A model generated the notes under the pieces. That model was not told the origin of the DNA and did not search any database. It saw only the letters and a program-made list of their open reading frames with translations. A stretch of 64,000 nucleotides of DNA. Source: Halocafeteria seosinensis (Eukaryota). How positions within the stretch are numbered: position 1 is the first letter of the stretch; every line of letters starts with the position of its first letter. Shown one piece after another: positions 56,287 to 64,000 of this stretch. The stretch covers positions 1 through 64,000 of the forward strand of contig LVLI01000549.1 in the NCBI GenBank assembly GCA_001687465.1, written 5' to 3'. Made by a program: the position numbers and the translations under genes.

Positions 56287-59200
56287 TCAAGCACACGTAA
56301 AGTCGTGTAAAATAGAAACGTTACTGCACAAATGGCTGGATATAATGATTACGCGCTTGCCAGAGCCAAAATACTTGTTTTCGGCTTTCCGTCTTAGAGC
56401 TTCCAAAGAAGCAACATCTATTGCCGATACCCCGCCAGTGATAAAAACAACAATTGTGCTAAAATTAGCCGGATGGGATTTCCAGGAGGTCATATGTTGC
56501 TTCACACTGCCCACTGTAGACCCCAAGAATTTCCCTGCCGTGTCATGTAAGGAGCTCTTGAATGCCTCCCCAAATGTGCTTGATAAGGCACCAACACCAC
56601 GCTTGACAAAAGATTCGGCCGCCCCAATTGTGGCATAAGCCGCCTGTGCTGTCGCTCGAGAGAGCTGTTGCGCCTTAGAGCCCAACTGAACCAATTCAGG
56701 TATTTCTTCCGAGTCGTTATTCAATATCAAGTCAACCAGCCTTGCAAAATAAGGCGAATAAGGTTCCTGCAGAGAGTTCAAGGAGAATCGAAGTCCTGAT
56801 AGACAAGAAAAATCTGTCAGGGGAGATTCTTCCAAGGAGGAATCAGCGTTGGATGCTTCCTGAGCGAACTCCCTCATATTTTTTCTCATATGGCTCACTT
56901 CGATACTTTTTCTCAACCATTTACGTACAACGTTGTTTTCCAGGCCCTTTTGGATTAAACGAATCTTTTGTAGCGTACTATCATTCTCATCATGCTGATC
57001 TTGCCGCTCTTCCGACTCTTCTTCAGACCACTGTGACCATGATTCTTCCCAGTCCTCATCTGGCACATCTTTTTCATCCGCGTTGGAATCAAAGAACTCA
57101 GGTGTTAGCTCAGCAAACTTGTCGGAAGACAGAAAGCTTTTTATCGTCTTACATTTTTCGATAATCCGCTCAAGAGGGTTAACCACAGACGAGAGAGCAT
57201 GCAGTTGTTCGAGCTGATGCTTCGATCCAGGAAACCACCTATCGACTTCCGTGTGCTTGGCTAGGAGCATGGCAGTGCCTATACATTTCAGAGCGACGAA
57301 AAACGTATGCCCTTGAACTGTTTTCTTATCCACATTCAGATGCTCTTGATCGGCAAGAGCCACAGATTCGCCATGCATCGATGCCACCAGTAGGATAGAG
57401 TGAACGATGGTCCCAAATGACGGAACTCTTGCTTCTGATTTCTTTTCCGAAGCTGTACCTGCAAGTTCGTACCATCTGGATTCTATGTACTGGTAAACCA
57501 GATCCAGGACTACCATCCAGGGATCAAGTAAAAATCCTCCAGCTTGTCCATGCAGCTGATCCTTAGTTTGCATCAGGAACGGCAAAATAGCGGAGAGGTC
57601 GTAGTTTTCTTCAGTCTCATCGCGAGGATACCTATCAATTCGTTGTGCAGGATACGCCAAGTAGTTCCATATAGGGATTTCCATCTGACTTATCAAAATA
57701 CTTTGTATAAAACTGATCACATTACCGTTTGCAATACGACTTGCTTGTGGCTTCCGAACCAACGTAAACCACAGTTTGGTTAACTGCTCCAGCTTTGTAC
57801 TCTTTTGACCACTTTTGATGCAAGCTGTGCGAATAATCGACTCTAACAGTACTAACTCTGAATTCGCGTCGCGAGTAGTCTCGAGTATAATACCCCAGGT
57901 GCCGTCATGCTCAATGCGAACGCCCAACTCGGATGCTTCATCATGAATACCCAGGTATTCAACCAAGAATTGGATAAGGTAATCAAGTGCCTTCTCTATG
58001 CCACTCAAGCATATCAAGTAGCGGAAATGGCAGTTTAGTTGGTCTTGAGCGGAAAACAACGAAGGTCCGAACCGCCAGTAGGAGCGGAACAAATGATACA
58101 ACATATGTTTTGCAACGTCTTCATATATCTCCTCACCCGACAAAGGATTGTTCGAATAAAAGACTGAATCCCATGCTTTCAAAACGGAGCCATCGACAGC
58201 CACTGCCCCCAGTGACTCTTCGGATACTTGCTCTCGAAGAATGGGCAACCACGCTGTCGTGTGCACTCTTCTCCAATTATCAGAGGTAGCGTGGACTCCG
58301 AATGAATGTCGTTTCTCAGCAGCGTATTCCCAAAATGACCATACCTGATTTAGTAAATTTGATGATACATTGCGGATTGAGATAGGGTTCGTGTCCTTGT
58401 TCGAAGAACTGCCTCCCGAGTGAGGCTGTAGCAAGGGTCCCACCAAGTCCAAAGACCGGTCTAGGAGAATGAGTGCCGCTGATTCTAAATGGCTATTCGA
58501 CGAGTGCTCATGCCGTTTGCTAAAACTAGGATCTTCGAACGCTTGTTGCATGACACAGTTTCCAATCCATGTGCTGAGCCTTCCCATACCAAAGCAAGCA
58601 CCCTTCCCCGAAATATCTAAGTTCCTTCTATGCATTTCACACAGTAGTATATGGCCTATATACTTCATCTCTTGTACGAGGGGAGTTGGCAAGTCTGACG
58701 GGCTTATATCATACAACGACTTGACGGAATCCTTATCGCGTATACTGGAAAACGCCGGACGGTTACGCTTCCCAATATCTTCTACAAACATGCATGTAAG
58801 AAATCGCGCACGCATTGAAGAGAACATAGATACTTCTTCCGGCCAATGTAATCCGTAAACACCACTTGAATCATTTTTTGTCTTCTCTCCAGGATTGCCA
58901 CCATCTACAGAGGCAATACAAGATTGGGGAAGGACAACAAAGCGCACCGAAACAGTAGGAACCGCTACGTTTTTGCCTTCCTCCTCGCGGTCTCTTTCGT
59001 GCAATCCACCACCTTCTTCTTGTTCTTCGAGGTATTTCTGTGCCGAAACTTCCAGGAAGCGCAGGAAAGGAAGTACTTCGCCCGTGTCTGCTTCGTGGTG
59101 TCGTCTTGAGTCTGATTCCAAGTCTTCTCTCTGGCGATGGGAATAGGCATGTCTATGGCCTCCCTCTGATTCCTTATCATCTTTCGATTGATGAGGATGA

Positions 59201-59670
59201 TGGTTTGCTCGATGAAGTGAGTCGTATCCATAATCAGATAATTCACTCAGAATCAGCACACTGTGGTAGGGCCGTCTCCTTGCATACTGCGCAATAAACC
59301 ACGCTATATCTTCTTTATGCGCCCAGGGGCACCGTAGAATCAGCACCAATCTCTCACGAGTACGAGTGCTCCCTTCCGTTGCTCCCCTGTGGTGTGTGGC
59401 CTCAATATCGCCCTTATCCAGGTCATTTTCCTGTAGCTCCGGCGCTTCTAAGGCCTCCATAAACACGGATCGTATAGATTGGGGACCCCCTTCGGGGTCC
59501 ATTGCATACAAAGACTGTATAAGTGCTGCATGAGCGCTTCTCTGGGCGTGTATATCGTGGTCATCGTGTAATATCACACGAATATCGACTTGCTCGGGTT
59601 GATCTTCCTCCGAAAACAGGAGCGATGGCGTGATAGAGACACTATGATGATGATGATGGTATTGTTCCAT
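56287..59670 (-). CDS. Sec1/Munc18-family protein, SCFD2/MIP3-like, single long ORF
   Basis: AALILLDRSLDLVGPL and TIVVFITGGVS are the two conserved Sec1-family blocks. Confidence 0.7.
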   Translation of the reverse strand: MEQYHHHHHSVSITPSLLFSEEDQPEQVDIRVILHDDHDIHAQRSAHAALIQSLYAMDPEGGPQSIRSVFMEALEAPELQENDLDKGDIEATHHRGATEGSTRTRERLVLILRCPWAHKEDIAWFIAQYARRRPYHSVLILSELSDYGYDSLHRANHHPHQSKDDKESEGGHRHAYSHRQREDLESDSRRHHEADTGEVLPFLRFLEVSAQKYLEEQEEGGGLHERDREEEGKNVAVPTVSVRFVVLPQSCIASVDGGNPGEKTKNDSSGVYGLHWPEEVSMFSSMRARFLTCMFVEDIGKRNRPAFSSIRDKDSVKSLYDISPSDLPTPLVQEMKYIGHILLCEMHRRNLDISGKGACFGMGRLSTWIGNCVMQQAFEDPSFSKRHEHSSNSHLESAALILLDRSLDLVGPLLQPHSGGSSSNKDTNPISIRNVSSNLLNQVWSFWEYAAEKRHSFGVHATSDNWRRVHTTAWLPILREQVSEESLGAVAVDGSVLKAWDSVFYSNNPLSGEEIYEDVAKHMLYHLFRSYWRFGPSLFSAQDQLNCHFRYLICLSGIEKALDYLIQFLVEYLGIHDEASELGVRIEHDGTWGIILETTRDANSELVLLESIIRTACIKSGQKSTKLEQLTKLWFTLVRKPQASRIANGNVISFIQSILISQMEIPIWNYLAYPAQRIDRYPRDETEENYDLSAILPFLMQTKDQLHGQAGGFLLDPWMVVLDLVYQYIESRWYELAGTASEKKSEARVPSFGTIVHSILLVASMHGESVALADQEHLNVDKKTVQGHTFFVALKCIGTAMLLAKHTEVDRWFPGSKHQLEQLHALSSVVNPLERIIEKCKTIKSFLSSDKFAELTPEFFDSNADEKDVPDEDWEESWSQWSEEESEERQDQHDENDSTLQKIRLIQKGLENNVVRKWLRKSIEVSHMRKNMREFAQEASNADSSLEESPLTDFSCLSGLRFSLNSLQEPYSPYFARLVDLILNNDSEEIPELVQLGSKAQQLSRATAQAAYATIGAAESFVKRGVGALSSTFGEAFKSSLHDTAGKFLGSTVGSVKQHMTSWKSHPANFSTIVVFITGGVSAIDVASLEALRRKAENKYFGSGKRVIIISSHLCSNVSILHDFTCA

Positions 59671-59716
59671 CTTCAATTAGTTTATATACCATAATAATAA
59701 TCAGTGTCCATTGACA

Positions 59717-62700
59717 ATGGCATCATTTTTATCGTCATTATTGGGCTACCACGATGAAACAGGGTCCTCTTCCTCGGAAGAGGACCAAGATAAAGTGAAT
59801 GCACATGCACATGCACAAGGGGAGGAGGAGGAGGAGGTTTATGATGATAAGGAGGCAGATACCGGCAGCTATTTGGCCGCCCAACAGCGGCCAGTGGATG
59901 AAGAGGGAGACGAAGGGGAAGGAATGACAGTGGCTTACGCGAAACTACACTATCTGAGCTGGAGCAATGAGCCGTATATACACGAGAAGGCGGCCAACCC
60001 TCATTGGCAGATATTTTTGGCTTCCCCTCCTCCTGCTCCTCCTCCTCCGGCGCGACAGGAACAGCAAGAGGAGCGCAGGAAGGAGTATGACTCTGTGTTG
60101 GTGGAAATCGGCACGACATATATTACGGAGAACCCGGTAGCGGAGAAGGAATGTCGACACAAGCAGCCATTGGCAATACTTGTTAAGCGCCCAAGGACGA
60201 CAGTTCCAAACGGAAGCTCAGATAGGGGTGCCAAATATAGTGGCGACATTGACCAGGAGCTAATCATTCACTGGCATCCGGAGGGGCAGCAATTCGCAGT
60301 CGAAATCGTTTCACAGAAGTGCTGCCTGTTATTTAGTATCGGTAAAGAAGGACCGACGATCATGGAGCGACTACAAAAGGCCAGCTATACGACTACCTTA
60401 ACAGCAGTGTTTGGACCTGTGGAACGAACTTACTCTCCCTTGTGCTTAACTTGCTCTACGTTTGCTCTAGGAGACATTCAATGCTGTGGATTCTCTCGTT
60501 CTGGCTTCTCAATAGTCCAAAGTACTAGTTGCAAAAGGGAATCTGATAAATGTTGCCTAGTAATGGGGCATTTGGCACGTTTTGAATTAGGATCTTTGGA
60601 AGTATCGGTAAAAAGAGATATTGTGTTGGGATCTATCGTGCTACGCCAGCATACCCTCTTTCGTGGAGCTGATGTAGACATAAACGGACTGAGGCTTGTG
60701 CGAATGCTTCCTTTAGATGAAAATATTGCCCTTCTTGTAACGTCGAGCGGGAATCTATTCTTTATTGATATGGCCCGGGAGCGTGGGGGGTACTCTCCAC
60801 AGCTACACGATCCCCGAGGTCTCCACCGCCACTTGTTAAATGGTGCTAGCAAACGGATACAAGGACATGCTAGCTCTGGCAAAACCGAAGACTCATATAT
60901 TGGTGCGACGTTTCTACAAGGCAAAGCAAAGAGAGTAAACAAGGAAGCTCAACTCTATCAAGTGGAAGCGATTGGTATTGCAGGGAGAGATATCGTCATT
61001 GCAAACGACCAACGGCAAGTTTCCTTCATTAGTTTCGATAACTTACTCCATCATCTTCGGACTCGCTCGGACGCCAATAATGGTTTTGACAGTGGAATGT
61101 GTGAAATGCCCCGAGAAAGATGTTCCGTACGGCTCCCCAAGGTGCCTGTGAGTGCCTTCTTTCGGATCCATGGATGCCGAACCATTGTCCTGGGAAATCT
61201 TTGCTGTAGCGTGGCAAGCGTAGGACCTTTCACCGTTGCATGCTCTTTGGATGGCCAAACTATTCTGGAACGTGCCATTCCCAAGAACTATTCGAACTGC
61301 TCCCGCAACTTAATGTCATTAATATCTAGACGGGGCTCAGTGCATGCTGTAGATCTCGAGCAATTGGGCCTTGAATTGCTGGACTATGAGACAGCAAATT
61401 TGTTTTCCATTTCCTCGAAACAAAGCCTTGTCTCTCGGAAACTATATGCCTACGAGTACTCTTCAGTCGCAAGCTGCATACCTTCGGCGACTCTCTGTTC
61501 GTTTCAAGCACACCCTACCCCGACAATATTCGATGCGGTGAGTGATCAATCTGAACACGGAACAAACGGTTCAACAGATCTTGCATGCACGTTCCATTTC
61601 CTGGATGATGACTGGAAGCATGCCGCGCGTCTAAACGATATTGAGCCTCACTCTCCACGGGCCATTAGTGAATTTATATCTGGATTTTTCGGTAATGTGG
61701 ACCTCGTGTTACGTAACCATGTAGGTCACGTTGTTATTTTAACCAGCCGACAGGTGGTCATATTGCTTCCGGAGAAGGAATTTGGTCTCGCAAGGTTTTC
61801 CAACGTAGCCGTAGCAACTAATAACCCGGCATCAAGGAAGGGCATCTGGCTGCGAGGAACAACGTTACTCATTGAAGAACAGTCCGCATTTGGTCACACC
61901 CTGTATATGTTGGAACTGGATCGCTTAGGGCAGACTGCGCGTTCATCCTCAAGTGCTAACGCTCCTAAGTGCTGCAGTTGGAAGGGGTTAAGAATAGTGA
62001 GTTTGGCTATCGGTAATTCGTTGTCGTTGCTACATAATAATGCTTTGAAGGAGGAAGGACAGTTTCAAGAAGCTCTGCTTCTTATGTCGTCGGAGTCTCT
62101 ATTACCAAGCTCGAAGGACTCTCGGAGCACACATGGTGATAGTGCCGGAAATTTGCAAATTGCATCAGTGCCACTAAATTCGACTAGTGTGGAAGAGCTT
62201 ACAGTCGCCGCTTCATGGTATTTTAGTCGAGATTTAGCTCGCTACTGCTTCTTGACTCCACGACATGCCGCGTGTACTCTGTATGAACCAACTGTTGATG
62301 GCTCAATCTGTGGTCTCTATGCTATAAGAGATGAGGAGGGCCTTCTACAACTAGTGGACATCTTTAGAGGTACTTTTTCCGGTGCCACAAACCTCGGATA
62401 CAGTCTGCTAACAGATTCCACGCGTTTCTTGCCACTAGATCCTTCCCTCAGTCGTCTCTCCTTGGGGATGCTTATTTGGTTCGACCGGATCCAACGTCGA
62501 TTTCAAGTCGCTTTTCTAAGGGCAGATCAGAGCCACTACATGCTGTCCCACGCTGACAGCCTCGTTAAGGAGGTGGCAGCGGTACGGGATAAGCGCTTGC
62601 CAAAGCTAGCCTTGACCTCTGTAGAATTGTATGTGGAAGACAGTCAAGCATCACTGTACAGTATCTTCAAGTGTTCCTCGGGGGTTGAATACCGAATTTG

Positions 62701-63568
62701 TTTGGGAGGATTCCTTCTGGTCGCTTCCGTTTATGCAAACGAGTTCCACCTAGCGACAAGGCTCCTCGCAACACTGGCCACTCGCTCTGGGAACCCGTCG
62801 CCAGAAGAACTCCCCCCTTCTTTCCAGGGCTCGCCTGATACCTTACTCGAGCACTGTATAGTTCGGATCGAGGACTTTTTGTATGAGGGGTTGAAAACAA
62901 TTTTTAAAGGCCTGCAAACTTCCGTCATTACCGAACGCAACTACTCGTTCGAACAGTGGCTCGTAGAGTCAGTTTTGTGGCCGTTTTTCCAAACTAAGAT
63001 TCCTCTTACCCTTGAACAAATTGGTGAAGCGGCAGTAGCTCCATACTACAAGTACAGAATGTGCTCCTTGTTCTACTCATGGATATCAGTATTGGGTTTG
63101 CTGAAACACTTTTCGAGGAGGATTCAATTGGATATAGTAACGAAGTTAGCAAGAAAATGCGAGTACACGAAGCTACTGTTGCTGTTCCCGTTTGTGGGCT
63201 CACCCGCCAGTTTGCTCACAGAATGTTTGGAGGGTGGGTTTTTTGACGTCGCGAGCCGTCTTATATTACTCGTACAGGAGTTTACTACTGTTGTTGTTGA
63301 AAAAGCTTGTGTTAACTCCTCAGCGTTTATTCAATCGGAAAAGCACCAGTTAGAATCATCAACTGGTGATTGTAGTCCCAGCCTAGATTCTGGGGACTTC
63401 AACGAACAACACATAGCCCTGGTACTGGCTTTCAAGGCCGCTCGTCTTCTAGAATGGGAAATGCGAATTCACTCGGGGGTACAGGAGAATTCACAAGAGC
63501 TACTTGAGCAAGTTCAGGATTATGCATCCCGGCTAGAACGGGCTGCCGAAGTTGAGATGAATTCATAG
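59717..63568 (+). CDS. divergent RIC1-like protein (Rab6/Ypt6 GEF subunit), single long ORF
   Basis: C-terminal LDIVTKLARKCEYTKLLLLFPFVGSPASLLTECLEGGFFDVASRLILLVQ matches the RIC1-domain pattern (ARKxE...LF..VG.P..L..CL). Confidence 0.7.
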   Translation: MASFLSSLLGYHDETGSSSSEEDQDKVNAHAHAQGEEEEEVYDDKEADTGSYLAAQQRPVDEEGDEGEGMTVAYAKLHYLSWSNEPYIHEKAANPHWQIFLASPPPAPPPPARQEQQEERRKEYDSVLVEIGTTYITENPVAEKECRHKQPLAILVKRPRTTVPNGSSDRGAKYSGDIDQELIIHWHPEGQQFAVEIVSQKCCLLFSIGKEGPTIMERLQKASYTTTLTAVFGPVERTYSPLCLTCSTFALGDIQCCGFSRSGFSIVQSTSCKRESDKCCLVMGHLARFELGSLEVSVKRDIVLGSIVLRQHTLFRGADVDINGLRLVRMLPLDENIALLVTSSGNLFFIDMARERGGYSPQLHDPRGLHRHLLNGASKRIQGHASSGKTEDSYIGATFLQGKAKRVNKEAQLYQVEAIGIAGRDIVIANDQRQVSFISFDNLLHHLRTRSDANNGFDSGMCEMPRERCSVRLPKVPVSAFFRIHGCRTIVLGNLCCSVASVGPFTVACSLDGQTILERAIPKNYSNCSRNLMSLISRRGSVHAVDLEQLGLELLDYETANLFSISSKQSLVSRKLYAYEYSSVASCIPSATLCSFQAHPTPTIFDAVSDQSEHGTNGSTDLACTFHFLDDDWKHAARLNDIEPHSPRAISEFISGFFGNVDLVLRNHVGHVVILTSRQVVILLPEKEFGLARFSNVAVATNNPASRKGIWLRGTTLLIEEQSAFGHTLYMLELDRLGQTARSSSSANAPKCCSWKGLRIVSLAIGNSLSLLHNNALKEEGQFQEALLLMSSESLLPSSKDSRSTHGDSAGNLQIASVPLNSTSVEELTVAASWYFSRDLARYCFLTPRHAACTLYEPTVDGSICGLYAIRDEEGLLQLVDIFRGTFSGATNLGYSLLTDSTRFLPLDPSLSRLSLGMLIWFDRIQRRFQVAFLRADQSHYMLSHADSLVKEVAAVRDKRLPKLALTSVELYVEDSQASLYSIFKCSSGVEYRICLGGFLLVASVYANEFHLATRLLATLATRSGNPSPEELPPSFQGSPDTLLEHCIVRIEDFLYEGLKTIFKGLQTSVITERNYSFEQWLVESVLWPFFQTKIPLTLEQIGEAAVAPYYKYRMCSLFYSWISVLGLLKHFSRRIQLDIVTKLARKCEYTKLLLLFPFVGSPASLLTECLEGGFFDVASRLILLVQEFTTVVVEKACVNSSAFIQSEKHQLESSTGDCSPSLDSGDFNEQHIALVLAFKAARLLEWEMRIHSGVQENSQELLEQVQDYASRLERAAEVEMNS

Positions 63569-63642
63569 CGCACCACCAAAGGAGACTAGAACGGGCTGCC
63601 GAAGTTGAGATGAATTCATAGCGCACCACCAAAGGAGACTAG
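63533..63642. repeat. perfect 53-bp tandem duplication spanning the RIC1-like stop codon
   Basis: CTAGAACGGGCTGCC...AAAGGAGA twice, followed by a third CTAG. Confidence 0.95.
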
Positions 63643-64000
63643 CATGTATATGTATATATATCCAGTCTACCAAACGACTTGAAAAGCAACGGAATATGGG
63701 AACTTCGTTTGTCAGAACTCAACAGTTTTGGTATAAAGAGTATGGAAAACTGGTGGAGCAGAGATACGTCCAGTCCTCGTTACGATTGTGGTAGCTTCTT
63801 CGTCCACTTCTGATCATCTTCGTCGCCACTGTGTCACGTCCTCGGAACGTCGGGATCTCATCTTCCTTGAAATAACCTCCCGATCCTATTGAGCACTAAA
63901 CTGCCAGCTAGCCACGCCCACGCGGGTGTGCTGAGGACAAGATTGCTGAAGTACGGATTTGTGCCAATGCTTTCAACAAGCGGTGAATAATACGTAAATG

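Noticed and set aside
63660..64000. Possible 3' end of a minus-strand gene at the window edge
   Set aside because: Frame and identity cannot be determined from the fragment.

Overview
Eukaryotic genomic DNA from a compact, short-intron (mostly 60-80 nt GT-AG) genome, probably a flagellated protist (PIBF1/CEP90 and a roadblock light chain are present); finer taxonomy cannot be fixed from this window. Positions 1-10040 are one end of an AT-rich Polinton/Maverick-type endogenous viral element. It carries a frameshifted rve integrase, two RING-finger paralogs, a DUF3820-like protein, a GIY-YIG nuclease, a 1360-aa protein-primed PolB, a 59-aa zinc-finger gene missed by the ORF track and an intron-containing subterminal gene. 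It also has repeat arrays, a shared upstream motif and an AGTAGT terminus at 10040. The element is inserted into, and truncates, the first of four tandem atypical (HGD/DWG) protein kinase genes. The rest is host DNA: a hAT transposase relic, IRE1 with a C-terminal CCCH finger, a Pho88/SND3-ankyrin fusion, PIBF1, a probably membrane-anchored bacterial-type AAA-ATPase/PD-(D/E)XK nuclease, V-ATPase G, CKS1, a GLUG-like surface protein, roadblock/LC7, a NYN nuclease, TCAB1, a choline-transporter-like protein, EFL1, a DOT1-like methyltransferase and a tightly head-to-head SCFD2/RIC1 pair. All family assignments come from motif recognition by eye, not database searches, and the exon boundaries are my own readings.
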